From contig BFEA01000010.1 in assembly GCA_003427395.1 (NCBI GenBank), positions 5,321,946 through 5,385,945 of the forward strand: DNA of 64,000 nucleotides, given 5' to 3'. The stretch's first letter is position 1; each line of letters begins with the position of its first letter. Below the pieces are notes generated by a model, which did no database searches, was not told the origin of the DNA, and worked only from the letters and a program-made list of their open reading frames with translations. This document shows, piece after piece, positions 50,701 through 62,990 of the stretch. This DNA is from Chara braunii. Lineage: Eukaryota > Plantae > Charophyceae. The translations under genes and the position numbers were made by a program.

Positions 50701-51650
50701 AAGAGGGGTGCCCCCAAAATGAAACACATCCGCCTGCACCAGTTAACGGTCAAAACTACCTACAAAATGCTCAGACCTAAACGGTATCTGCGGAACATGA
50801 TTAATGATAGATGGGCCAGACACCTGAACGTGGACCGCGCCCTCCTCTCCCCAATCCGATGGTTCAAGGAACAAAAGTACAAGCCCACGAAAATCACTTC
50901 CCTGCAGTGGCAGATAGCCCACCGTTGTCTGCCCACAAACGACAGGTTGATTGAGCGCACAAACCTTGAACAAGGAGGCTTGTTGCTCCCATAATAAGAT
51001 TAGAGATTACTCGTCTGACACGGCTGGTGCCAGCGGAAACCATTGAACATGTTTCATGCAATGCCCGATTGCTCAATTTACATGGCGATGGTGGGACCAT
51101 ATATGGCAAAAAATGGAACTGGACATTCCCTGACCCTAGACTTGGCACAATGGCAAGCCATTCTGACAGGACACTGGCCGTTAGCAGGAACAGCCACGAC
51201 CTTCATACAGAATATGTACAGAATGGGAAGGAGAGCGGTAATATGGGCACTATGGTGGCAACGATGTACCCTGGCTATGGAGAAGGTACGGGTGGAGGGG
51301 CCATTGATCACTGAACAGATCCAGCAATAGATACAGCTTGATCTTACAAGCAAATGGTTAGACACAAAAGCACAATTGAACCTTTTTAGACAGATTGGAG
51401 ATGTCAGGAGACAAATTACGGCATTCTGCACAGACTGGGTAGGGGGAGAAAGAGAAGGATGGATCCCAAAAGTAGAATGGAGTGGTGACAGAGGAGGAGG
51501 ACTGCGGGACCAGGAAGAAATGAGAGACTACCGTTTAGTCTTTAAGGACTGGACAAACATAGAGCCCTCGTTCCCATTACACCCTTCCTCGGATTTTCTG
51601 GATCCGTTCCCACCCCATGCCTTGTCCTTGGTAGAAACCCTGTCCTGATT
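44739..51650 (+). pseudogene. LINE ORF2 (APE endonuclease, RT, zf-RVT-like), split by the insertion at 44782-47157
   Basis: TINVNGL | KKIKALW…DVICVQEMH, SIYA, LAGDFN, IDL, LDH; KVPGVD, LLYKKGD, NYRPITL, DQTGF, IDFEKAYD, RQGDPIAPFLF, LFVDD, GGGLG, HRCLPT…ETIEH. Confidence 0.92.
44782..47157. mobile_element. 2376-bp non-coding insertion (probable solo LTR) in the LINE endonuclease
   Basis: Flanked by CCCG/CCCG, with ends TTGTCAG…CCGCAA. Removing it and one CCCG restores NVNGLASRKKIKALW. Confidence 0.8.
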
Positions 51651-51817
51651 GTGAAAATTTGATGACCTGATCCCTTCTGATCCTTCTTAGATCTGTGCCT
51701 ATATGCGGTTCTCCTCTATGGTGCCCCCTGGGGAGGACTCCGCCATCCTTTGTTTCCCCTTTTGAAGGCTCAATTAAGGTAGTCATCGTCGGGAATCCGG
51801 CTAGTCCACACTACCTA

Positions 51818-52827
51818 TGACATCAGGTTTGGTGGGAGTAGCTAGCGAATAGTATCAGCTCTCACAAGTCTATCTCGCGCCCTACTCTGAGGGTGAAGAG
51901 ATACAGACGACAATGCTAGCACTCCAACGGAATGCTGGCAGGCCCCACGTTGTCGGTCCTTTCTCCCCGATTCACCCCCGCTTCTTTCCCCCTCTTCCCG
52001 GACCTCTTACGGATGGCTTGCACTCCGCCCAGGACGCAAGGAGAAAGAGAGAACGGAGAAATCAAGAAAACAGGTCTTATACTCGTAACCTCCCACTCGC
52101 CCCGTGGTGCTCAGACCTGCGAGCAGTGCTCGGCTATGTCACAAGAGGACACGCTCTTCTAGCTCATAGGAGAACCCAACCTTAAACTCGTGCAAGCGGA
52201 GCAATGCAGTTACCGAACTCAAGAATTTTGACGGACGCTGGAGCTTACTCCGACTCAAAACTGAGAGGCCCCACCCATCAAGGGAACTCGTAGCGAGAGA
52301 AAAAGATAAATTTTCGGCGCGTCAGCGTAACAGTCGACCTCTCGCGGAAGTCTATCCCAATGTTTGGTTTGCTGGAACACCCCGAGCCACAGACGGGGAG
52401 TGACCTGGCCCGAGCCAACAGGACTATGCCTTCCCCGGACGCACAAACTCAGACATACTCGAGAACTCACTTTGACTCCCAAAGAAGAGGCTCGGAACAT
52501 CACGAAGAGAGAAAAAAAGACAATTTTGAATGCGTCACCATAGCGGTGATCTTCTCGAAAAAGTATCTTTCCGGACTCATGAAACCAGACTTCAAGGGCT
52601 CACTCCGACTTAGAAACAAAAGACAAATTTAATGCGTCACCATAGCGGTAAACTTTTTTCGAAAAATTGTTTTTTCGGACCCAAAAACTCAAACAGACTC
52701 GGGAGCTCACTCCAACTCGGAAGGAAGAGACACTGAACATCAAAGACGATTTTAAGTGGATCGCCGTAACGATAAACTTCTCGGAGAAAAGTTTGATTCG
52801 TTAGCGAGCTCCGTGGTCACGCTTTCA
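51818..52827 (-). repeat. Candidate 3' LTR (TGA…TCA) with PPT at 52828-52842 and internal ~100-bp subrepeats at 52520-52790
   Basis: The minus strand reads AGGGGAGGAGGGGGG|TGAAAGC…GATGTCA. An alternative start is the G-run followed by TGTGAAAC near 55668. No partner LTR is in the window. Confidence 0.4.
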
Positions 52828-53988
52828 CCCCCCTCCTCCCCTCGATCTCTCTTTCTCGCTCTCTCTCTCTTTCGGTCTTCCCGATCGTTCTCCCTCTCAA
52901 TCTCTCCTTCTCTCACTTTCTCTCTCTCTCTCTCTCTCTATCTCTCCCTCTCCCACTCTCCTTCCTTTTCTCTCTTTCTCTCTCTCTATCTCTCACACAC
53001 CCTTCCTCCTTTCTACGCAGCGAGCCACTTACCCACCGCACCTTCTTCCGTCGGCTGCCCTCGACCGCAACTCCGTTTCAAGTACCCGGCGATGGCGACT
53101 CCCTTCGTTCGGTTCGCAGTCCTCCTTTTCTCCCCCTTCAGCCCCTCCGACCGTCTTTCTTTGCTTGCTTCCTCCCGTCGGGGTGACGATCCCCTTGTCC
53201 AAGTGCCTTCGGCTTACTTAGACACTCTCCCCCTCTGCCCTCGTTTAAACACAGCCGACCCTCAGCACGTTCCGCTCTCGATTCGCCCTCGGCCTGGCCT
53301 CTTTCCCAACTCACGACCTCAGCTAGCGGTTCGTCTTAGCCCCAACCCCCTTCCGTGTATAGCTTTGATGGAGCAAGACCGACACGTCCCTCAGCCGGCT
53401 GTCCGATCTTGGCCGGTGTGGTGTCTGCACGTGGGTGGCCTTCGTGCGTGCGTTGCTTCGTTGTTTCGACTGTTTGTCCCTCCCCTTCAATGGACGTACC
53501 CTGCTCGCAGCTCGCTGCTCACGGGTCGAGCGTGACCGATTTCCCCTTCTCCGCGTGCGCACCGCTCACAATCTGTGTTGTTGTCCCTTTTTCTCCATGC
53601 GGCTCTTGGCTCCCGACTCGTAGTTAGCGGGCCGATCCTCCCCTTCACGGTATAGCTGGCTGTTCCTCTCTTCTACGCACGGCTCCCCTCGCTCCTCACG
53701 TGTGACTGTTCCCTGTAAGTTCTTCACAACCCCGGCCGACCGTGGCTGAAGGTCGTTCCCCTCTAACTGCTCAAAAGTGTTACACGCGCCTTGCTCGCTG
53801 CCGATCACATGCCCCTAGAAAGGTACCTCTAAGATCCCAGCTCCACTCATGCTCGCCGGTTTCCTCTCTCGGAGAGGTAGTTCTCGCCACACGCTCCAGC
53901 GCAGGTTCGGGCGCCAGCTTGCGTAATCGAAGCAGGCCTCCCCCGTCTCATCCGCGAGTCTTGCCCTTCGAGCGCCCTCTCTCCTCTC

Positions 53989-54073
<85 letters not shown>

Positions 54074-54172
54074 CCTCTCCGGGGAGATGAAACAGGACGG
54101 AGGGAAATGGGAAACCAAGGGAAATGGAGAGTGGTCTCCGCGGTCGCTCTCTCTCTCTCTCTCATACACACA

Positions 54173-54232
<60 letters not shown>

Positions 54233-56338
54233 GTCGGACGCCCGCTAAGTGTTGAGCACTTTCCCTGCTCTGCTGAACGACCTGAACGCTCTAGCTCTAG
54301 TGCGCGCGATCCGAACGCACAGTGTGTGTGTACTCTTTGTACCCTCCCTCTTCCTTTTTTTTTCCCACTTTCTCCCCTTCTTTTATATTCGCCAATCCTT
54401 CCATTCTCCGATCTTCCTCCTCGTTCCTTCCAATCACAACTCGCTCTCTCTCCTTGCCATCGGCCCCGCTGGTTTTTCCTACTTCTAATACTCCCGTCGA
54501 TCTTCAAAATTTCCCCAAAAAATAATTATTCCCGCTCGGTTCATCAAGCTCGCAATCCATCCTCCTCCCGCCCTGGCCAGTCCTAGTGTACTCCCCACAC
54601 GGCGCGTCCCGACCTCTGAGCTAGGTGTGATCCGCGCCCTGCTAGTCTTCTTGCATCATCTTTTCCCCCGTCGTACCTGCCCCATCCCCTTGTCTCAGCG
54701 CATGCCATCTCCCTGTGAACCCCGACGCGATTCCCCCAAAACGGTTATCAAGAAAAGCGAGGGTGCAGACTTCTTGCCAACCGTTTTGTCGGGCTCTCCC
54801 TTTCTTGATTCCTTCATTCACTTCCCTCGCTCTCTCCCTTCTTTTCCCATGGCTCGATCCCTCTTCTTCGATGTCCACCAATCATACCTTTCCCTTCTCG
54901 CGCCGGATTGCTCCTGCGGACGCATTGTCGTGCCTTCTCCCCCAATTCACCCCGTCTCAACGCCCGCTTCCCCCTTCTAGGATTGTTGAGGTAGCATTTC
55001 CGTCAGCTTGGGGCCCTGGCTTTCTGCCAGCTTCCTCCGCCTTCCCTTTCACACCTCCGATCCTTAACTTCCCTTTCATATTTGCCAGTCCTTTCCCTTT
55101 GTTACCAACCAGGATCAGTCGCTTCCGGTTCTTGCTGAGTCGGCCCTCACCTTCTCCCCATCAGAGGCTCTCGTTGGAGGGCAGGGGCAACGTCCAGCCT
55201 GACAGACCCTGGGAAACCATGGCAGCATCCCCGAACTCCTCCCCGTGATCATTTGCAATCTGACCACCTCGGTTCGGACGCACCGCGCAGCTCCTCCTTG
55301 CCACTGCCGCAAATGAGGGAATTAGAGACCGACTTTTTTATCGACTTAGCTTGGCCCCACCATCCGCCTTGCCCCCTGATTTGTTCTCCGATTTATCGCC
55401 CCTCCCGACGCTGGTCTAATTTAAAGCTGCTTGCACCAGGCCTCACGCTCCCGTTTCTCTCAACATTGGAGTTCAGCACCTCTTAGCTTAGGCAGGAGAG
55501 GACCTGTCGGCATATCAGGCCATCGCCAGGCGCTCGAAAGCTGATCTCTTTAAGCTGCAAAGCCACTCTCTTCGAGCCGATTATTATGCTAGTCATGATG
55601 AAAAGGGCGCCCTGCTGACCGCAACACCCCATTCGATGGCCGATCCATTCCGGATCGTGGTTTCACACCCCCCCCCCCTGGTATCCATCTTTGGATACAA
55701 GTTTGTTGCTTTCCCCTCCCTTCCTGGTAGACCTTTCGGATTCTCTCGTTCCTCAGTCCGCACCTGTCCCCGCTTGAGCATCTTTCAGATCATCACTCCT
55801 GTTCTTCCAAGGGTTAGTGAGACAACCAAGCAACCCAGGAACACAGCCTGACCACACAATCCCAAACATTCATAACAAAAAAAAGGAATCTTCAAAGAAA
55901 CATCGCCATAAAATTCCTCAGTTTTGTGAAAGCGCCGTGTTCGGCGCGTAGGCAGCCGCCCGACAACCAGCCCACATCCCAAATCTCGCCGTCCCCGGCG
56001 AGTTTCTCCGTAGCCTTCTTTCCAACCCTTCTCTCACACCCAACACCTTTCTAGGGCCTCAGCCCATCCCTTTCCCGTTTAGCATACTTCCCCCCCCCCC
56101 TTTATCGGATTACGTTTAACTTCTCGGTTTCTAAACGGCATCGCCGAATTATGGTACAGTTTTCGCTCCTATGATTCATGTTTCCTCTAGCTATGGTACA
56201 ACTCCTTTCCCCCAAGGATACTACATCCGTCTCTTCCTCCTCATTCTTTTTTCTCGTCTCTCTCTCTCTTGTTTCCTTTCTTCCCTCTTGTGTTTGGCCC
56301 TCAAGGCCTTCCTTGACGCGCTTCTTCTCTCTCTCAAC

Positions 56339-57720
56339 CTAATTGGTCGGTATCACTGTCATCGTCCCTCGGCCTTTTTTTTCTCCTAGGCGTCTTTGGC
56401 AAGGAAGGTTTTCGAACCTTGTATCCCTTCTTAAGTGGTCGTGAAGAGGATCCTTTCCTTTCTCTTTTACGTCGTCTCCAAACGTCCCCCTCCATCGGAA
56501 GAGTTTGAGGCGAGCCCCAGCGATAGGATCCCGTAACCTAGTCCCATCTAATTCGGCAAGAACATAAGCTCCTCCATCCAGTCTCTTTAGGACCCGATAC
56601 GACCCCATCCGCCAGTTGGCTAGCTTCTTGCTCCAAGTCTTTTCTAACGATGAGTCGTACATCAGGATGAGGTCATTAGCTCCTATCGGTTTTTGTCGGA
56701 CCCGCAAATTTTTGTCCCACCTTTCCTTCCCTTTCATCCTCTCCTTCTCGATGTTCTTGCCCGCCTCGGTAAGTCCAGCGTCAAGATTTCGACTATTTGT
56801 TGTATCCTCACCTCCAACAACTCACTCCTTGTCATGTTGGTTTTCCACGAGACATTCATCCAAATGTCGATGTGGAATTCGATGGGCAGGGGGCAGTGTC
56901 TACCGAACCAAAGGGTGTAAGGGGGATAGCCCATGCTTGATTTGATTGTGATATTGTTGGCCGAAACGGCATAACGCAAGTACTTCGGCCATTGCTCCTC
57001 TCGCCCTTTGCACCACTTTGCTAAGGCGTCCACAAGCGTCTGGTGGCCTCTCTCAACCGGAGCATTGCTTTGCGGGTGATAAGCGGTGGTGTAAGCCACC
57101 TTAATCCCCGGCTTCTCAAGTATCGTCTTGACCTTTTGGCTTAGGAACTCGGACCCCCTATCCATGACTATCTTCTCGACACACCCGTACCTCGCGACGT
57201 ACTCTATGAGAAAATCACTCACCTCCTCAGCTGTCTTCTTCTTTATGGCTTTAGCTTCCACGAATCCCGTAAGGTCATCATGGGCATTAATGATGTACCG
57301 AAGCCCGTCGATTCCTTTGGGCATGGTTACCAAGTCAACGTGGACTTTCTCACCAGGAACGGTAGGGAGGGACGGTACAAGGGGCTCCTTATAGCGAACT
57401 GTCGCCCTTTTTTGACAGGCGTCACATGTCGAACAGTACTTTTCGACCTCTCCGTATTATCCATCCCACCAATACAGCCTGCGAACTTTATCAAACGTCC
57501 TTTTTACCCCTCAATGTCCCCCAACGACTCCGTCGTGCAACTCTTCTATGACTGCCTTCCGTTCTTCTCGATCGCAAGGGACTCTCATGGGGATTGCCAA
57601 CTTGGTGGGCCTCTTAAAGAGGTGACCCCCTCGTAGACAATACCTGAGCGCCTCCCTCTTGATTGTCTCGGTGCCTCCTTCCCTACCTGCTAGGTACAAC
57701 CTTATGTCGCGGTACTTCCC
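56339..57720 (-). pseudogene. Gypsy integrase
   Basis: ELHDGVVGGH zinc domain, DDLTGFVEA, VMDRGSEF, AYHPQSNAPVER, GYPPY, WRMGSYRV (GPY/F-like). Contains stops and a frameshift. Confidence 0.92.
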
Positions 57721-57761
57721 GTCATAAAGGTTAGCGAGGAACGTCCTTGGGCCTTCGTCTG

Positions 57762-58265
57762 CCTCTCGGATGGTTACTGCTAATTATGCCTTGTTAGCGG
57801 CGACTTGGATTATTTCATCCTTGGTCATCGATTGTGTCGCTTCCTCTAGTCTCGGANNNNNNNNNNNNNNNNNNNNNNNNNNNNNNNNNNNNNNNNNNNN
57901 NNNNNNNNNNNNNNNNNNNNNNNNNNNNNNNNNNNNNNNNNNNNNNNNNNNNNNNNNNNNNNNNNNNNNNNNNNNNNNNNNNNNNNNNNNNNNNNNNNNN
58001 NNNNNNNNNNNNNNNNNNNNNNNNNNNNNNNNNNNNNNNNNNNNNNNNNNNNNNNNNNNNNNNNNNNNNNNNNNNNNNNNNNNNNNNNNNNNNNNNNNNN
58101 NNNNNNNNNNNNNNNNNNNNNTGACCATCGATTGCTCTAGTCTCGGATAATCCTCCTCTCGGATGGTTACTGCTAATTGTGCCTTGTTAGCGGCGACTTG
58201 GATTATTCCATCCTTGGCCATCGATTGTGTCGCTTCCTCTAGTCTCGGATAATCCTCCTCTCAGA
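57762..58265 (-). repeat. ~105-bp coding tandem repeat in the RH-INT linker, spanning a gap
   Basis: The unit IREEDYPRLEEATQSM(A/T)KD(G/E)IIQVAANKA(Q/*)LAVT appears on both sides of the N-run. Confidence 0.7.
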
Positions 58266-59964
58266 TGGGAAGCCTGGACAAGCCGTCAGCGACCTGGTTT
58301 TTGGCCCCGGAGATCCGTTCGACCCTATAATCGTAGAGCCTAATGTGGATCATCCACCTTGCAATGGTTGGATCGGTAAGAGAGAAGTCCTTTTGGATAA
58401 CAGCCGCTACCGCGGTTGGGTCCACTCTCAGGAGGAACCGCCTCCCGTAGATGTAGTGCCTGAAGATTTTTAGACAATGCACTACCCCTAACACTTCTTT
58501 CTTGAATTGGCTATAGTTCCTGTCAGCGGGGTTCAACGCCCTACTCTCAAATCGCAGGGGTCTTTCTTTTCCATCTTGATCCTTTTGTGAAAGAAGCCCT
58601 CCTACAGAACACGGTTCTGCGTTCGTAGAAACTACAAACGGGCGGTTCTCCTCGTCGTCGAAGTACGGAATGCCCAAGACTTGTCCTCCCTCGCGGAATT
58701 CCTCCTTGAGAATCTCCATGGTTGCGGTCTGATTGTCTCCCCAGACCCAACCTTCAACTGTCCTAAGCAACTTTCTAAGGGGTTCCGCCTTCTCACTGTA
58801 GGCCTTTATAAAAATCCTCCAGTAGCCCACCAGGGCCACCACCCCTAGAAGTTGTCGCACCTCCGTGATCAATTTTAGCGGCGACGACCACGTCATTAAC
58901 TTTCTTAGTTTCTCGGGGTCGGGCCTCCATCCGTCCTTGTCACATATGAACCCTAGTATCTTGATTGAGGATACTGCCCAACGACTTTTTGTCCCACTCA
59001 CGGTGAGGTTCACATCGTCCAGTTTTAAGAGCACGCTCCTCACATCCATCATGTGATCTACTATGAATTTTCTGATCCCCGGAAAGACCTCCGTCTCAAC
59101 TTTTTCAACCGGCCCTTTGATAGGGAAGTCATCCAAGAAGACCTCCACCTTACCCGGAATGAACTCCTTGAAAACGGCTATTATGGCCTTCTGAAAAACG
59201 GCGACGTCGTTGGTCCATCCCAAAGGTACCACCATCATTTGCACCAACCCTAAGGGCGTGTGCATCGCGGTCATATGCCTATCCTTATAATCCAAACGGA
59301 TCTCGTCATATCCCTAGAAGAGGTCACAGATAGAATAGATGGATCGACCTGCCGACCCTTCTGCCAAGAGATCTGCTTCCGGTATTGATCCTACGTCCGT
59401 TATTGTAGTTGCGTTGGTCTTTCGGAGATCCTGAATCCACTGAAGCTTATTACTACCCCCTTTTCTAATGAAAAACCATTTGTTGGAGTAGGCGCTATCG
59501 CACGGCTCGGCCACGAAAGTCCAGATCTTTTCTTTTATAAAGGTCACAATCTCCTCCTTTTCCTTTTGGCCGTTCTTCCATAGGGGTCTATCTTTCCACG
59601 GAACGTGGGGGACAGTGTGGATTCTCGCTGGTTTGGCATACCGAGGGTCTATCCTTCCCCTTTCCGAATCATCGAAGGTTATTGCCTTGTCACAACCCCT
59701 CAAGACTGTGGCTATATACCCTTTTTCCTCGGGGGTGAGGTTCCCGTCCCCGATGTCCACCTTTGCCAACCTATCCGTCGTAATCCGTTGTCCCTCTGTT
59801 GCCTTCCGTCCTCGAATGATCTCTGCTATCTCCTCTTCCGATATCGTGGCTTCCCCTGTCCTGTCCCGGCTGATTGCGGCGGNTTTTNNTTTNACCGCCA
59901 CAGTTTTATGCTTCCTACCTCTGTCGGTTAGAGGGATTCCCCCAAAAAAGACAGCCTCACGCAC
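58261..59964 (-). pseudogene. Gypsy RT + RNase H
   Basis: QDLRKTN, SICDLF, VPLGWTN, VFLDD, ILGF, GYWRIFI, RPLRFESR, YSQFKKE, ADGLSR. In-frame TAG at 59314. Confidence 0.93.
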
Positions 59965-60153
59965 CCACCAAATTCCTCTCCTTCATCCTCCTTTTCGTAT
60001 CCGACTCCATTGATTATTATCCGGTCTCCAATCTCCTCGACTTCTACTCGATCGTTCGGGGGTTCCACCTCGGAAAAGGGCGACTCTTCTAGGCGAACCT
60101 GGCACACCCGTGACTGGACTTCTCTCCTCCTGGGAACACTGGTGCAGTTGCGC

Positions 60154-61383
60154 TCATCCTGGTGCATCCACTGTCCTTATGACCACCCGGATTCCGTCTG
60201 GGCTTTGGATTGAGAGAGTCTGGCTGCCGTTTGGAAGGTCGACCGTGGTAGCGTGGATCGCGCTCAGCCATGTCCGGCCAAGGATTAACTCTGACGAACA
60301 CTCTTTAACCGAAAAAATCGGAACTGTAATCTCTACCCCTGCGACCTCAATCACGGGGTTGTGGCAGACCCCTTCCGCCGGTTGGAGCTTGTTATCTGCC
60401 ACCACCATTAACATGGCGACTCCCCTATCCACTTCCAGACTCAGCTCCCTCACAATGGAATCTCGACACACCGTCGATTCGGATCCATTATCCACTAAGG
60501 CTCTCATCTTCTTCCTGCTCACCACGGTTTGGAGCTGGCCGCTTCCTAGTACATATAATTTCTTAGTCTCTTCGTCCGAGAAGGAATTTGTCGGCACCTC
60601 CTCCATGGTAATTCGAGAGGCTTGCACTTCCTCCTTAGCGGGTTCTTCCCCTGGAACGGTCGGCGCTCCGGCAAGCGAAATCTTCACTTTCTTAGTGATG
60701 CTCAAGAGTTCGTCTCTGGCGCTTTTGCTCGCCGCTAAGTACTCCAGAAGGGTACATTGCATCAGTTGCATTAGAGTCCTTCGCAGAGCCGCAACCGTGT
60801 TTATCTCGTCCAAGGTGCACTTCATTTCGAACTTCTTTGGTCCTCTCTTCCTTGGCGATTTTGGTGATGCAGTCTCCTCCCCCTTTCTTTCGTCCGTGAC
60901 TTTCACGTTAACCATCGGTTGGTCGTCGTCCCCACTCCTTTTCCCCCCATCCACTGTCGTGACTTCCTTGCCTTTGGACGGCCCGGCCCCTACTTGGGTC
61001 CTTACTCTTAGGCGCAATTCCTCTTCTTCTGACTTGCTCTCTATGAACTTGATGCTAGAGACTTGCGGCTCCCTTATGGACACACCACCCGACGATTCCG
61101 TAATTTGGACGTGGGATGAACTGGCAGCCCTGCCGACCTGAGGCTTCTTCCCCAGGCTTGCCTCTCGTAGGGCAATCCTCTTGTCCACGTTTATCTTCAT
61201 CGAGGGGTAGAAGGAGAACGCCTCTCCGTCATCTCCCCACACGACCCACTTATTCTCATTCAACTTTACCACTCCTAACCTTAGGGTTTCCGTGAGGTGA
61301 GGGCACTCCCGCTTGATGTGACCATCTTCATTGCAATAGACACACCCACTCCGAGGCTGCGGATTGTTAGGGCGAGGCCCCAC
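60154..61383 (-). CDS. Gypsy nucleocapsid zinc knuckle + aspartic protease
   Basis: CVYCNEDGHIKRECP, ALVDNGSES, LILGRTWL. Confidence 0.9.
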   Translation of the reverse strand: MGPRPNNPQPRSGCVYCNEDGHIKRECPHLTETLRLGVVKLNENKWVVWGDDGEAFSFYPSMKINVDKRIALREASLGKKPQVGRAASSSHVQITESSGGVSIREPQVSSIKFIESKSEEEELRLRVRTQVGAGPSKGKEVTTVDGGKRSGDDDQPMVNVKVTDERKGEETASPKSPRKRGPKKFEMKCTLDEINTVAALRRTLMQLMQCTLLEYLAASKSARDELLSITKKVKISLAGAPTVPGEEPAKEEVQASRITMEEVPTNSFSDEETKKLYVLGSGQLQTVVSRKKMRALVDNGSESTVCRDSIVRELSLEVDRGVAMLMVVADNKLQPAEGVCHNPVIEVAGVEITVPIFSVKECSSELILGRTWLSAIHATTVDLPNGSQTLSIQSPDGIRVVIRTVDAPG

Positions 61384-61666
61384 GCTGTCCCTACGGTCGT
61401 CGAAGGACCGGGTGGCTGCGAAGCCCTAGCCTGGCTTACCTCCGGCCGAGCCCCTGCGGCCTTGGGTTGGGGAGGGTCTCCCCACCTTCCATCTCTCGTG
61501 TCCTTCCAATGGGAATTCCCCCAATCAGGGTCCCGATTTCCCCCAATCTCCCGGTCATTTCTCCAATTCCCCTGGTTTCCTGTTGGTCCCCCTCCCCAAC
61601 GCGGGCCCGGGGGTCCAGGCGGCGGCCTATCGCTTCCGCGAGGACCGTCGTTCCTTTTAGTGTACT

Positions 61667-62536
61667 TCAGAGAGCCATGTCAAGGCTTTCCTTCATGTAT
61701 TCCCGGAGGTCTACTCCCCCTCCCGTAAAGACCACCTCGACGACCTTCTCAAAATTGGTTGAGTCCCTGGGCGCCTTCTCGAGGACTTCTTTCCTCTTTT
61801 CCTCGGGTAGGTGTAACATGAACATGACACACCTATCTACTTCACATAGCATCCCCCTATCCACCAAGGCTTGGGATAGGCGCTTGAACCTTCTAGTGAA
61901 GGTCACCAAGCTCTCCTGTTCCCCCCTTGATACCCGGCGTAGCCCTTCCATTGTCGGAATCAAGTCATCGCAAACGAAGGTCCGCAGAAGGCTACTCTTG
62001 AAGGTCTTCCACGTCCCATCTATTGGGTATATTGCCCTAATGGCCTGATCCAGTTCGGGATCCGAGTGTTGTATGAAGTGGTCGATCCACTCCTTTTCTG
62101 AGAACTTCTTTCGGAATGCATAACTTTCCCATTTCTCGACGAACCCTGTCACATCTCGCCCATTAAAGTAGAGTGCCTCGAGGCTCAGGTGGACATCGTA
62201 GTAAGGGACTCGCCGATCGTCATATCGACGGAAGTAGGGGCCTTGCGTCGGCCCGTTTAGCACCGGGTCATAGGGCTTGTACCAAGCGGGGTCTAGTTCC
62301 TCCATCCTCGGTCGAGCCCCTGGAGGCCCCCAGGGTTCCTCCTCGCGGCGGCCTCTATCATTCAGCTCTTCACATTCCCAACGTGCTAGTCCTCGGCCCC
62401 TGCACCCCCTCCAGGTGTCTCCGAACCCCCTCACATTTCTCCCTCTTGATTCCTCCGTCATCCATGTAGGGTCTGTTTCTCGCCCGGGCCACCTTCGGGG
62501 TCTTCTGCCAGTCTCTCTTCGTCGCTTATCTCCCAA
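61667..62536 (-). CDS. Gypsy Gag capsid domain
   Basis: FNGRDVTGFVEKWE…WKTFKSSLL…GEQESLVTFTRRF (Gag major-homology-like region). Confidence 0.85.
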   Translation of the reverse strand: MGDKRRRETGRRPRRWPGRETDPTWMTEESRGRNVRGFGDTWRGCRGRGLARWECEELNDRGRREEEPWGPPGARPRMEELDPAWYKPYDPVLNGPTQGPYFRRYDDRRVPYYDVHLSLEALYFNGRDVTGFVEKWESYAFRKKFSEKEWIDHFIQHSDPELDQAIRAIYPIDGTWKTFKSSLLRTFVCDDLIPTMEGLRRVSRGEQESLVTFTRRFKRLSQALVDRGMLCEVDRCVMFMLHLPEEKRKEVLEKAPRDSTNFEKVVEVVFTGGGVDLREYMKESLDMAL

Positions 62537-62990
62537 TTCTCTCCTTCTTAAGCTCCTCTCTTCATCCCTCCTAGGTGCCCAGCATCCCAGCCTTTCACGC
62601 GAGAATTCTTACCCTTCTCCGGCTTTTTCTTTCGTGTCCTCTTGATCTGCCCATCGGGTCTCGACAAGGAAGCCCTTTGAGGCCTCTGTCGTCCTTTCTC
62701 TCACTGGCATTCGCGGCTCCACCTCCCGGTGCAAGCGTTCTTCGGCACTCGCTCGCTGCCCTGCAGTCCTTTCTCTGAGAGATGTCTCCGAGCTCCTTAC
62801 GGCCCTACCCATTGCTTCCATCCCTTCGGTCACCCCCTCGGTTGGCTTGCTAAACCTTGCTCCCAATTCGGTATCTTTCTCGGCTTGCCCCATGCCAGTG
62901 GTCTTAGGTGGTCGGTGGAGCCCGGGCTCCACCTCACTCTCCATGCATCCTATTGATAACTGCTAGTTGCTCTCCTCACTAGTGTCACCG

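Larger units (their letters stand above)
39780..51810 (+). mobile_element. Decayed L1/Tx1-type non-LTR retrotransposon
   Basis: C-rich 5' region with repeated GATCCCGA motifs, ORF1 with a CCHC knuckle, and ORF2 with APE, RT and C-terminal Zn-like motifs. Both ends are approximate. Confidence 0.85.

Noticed and set aside
60110-62048. Plus-strand ORFs of 343 and 193 aa
   Set aside because: Antisense shadows of Gypsy gag/protease.
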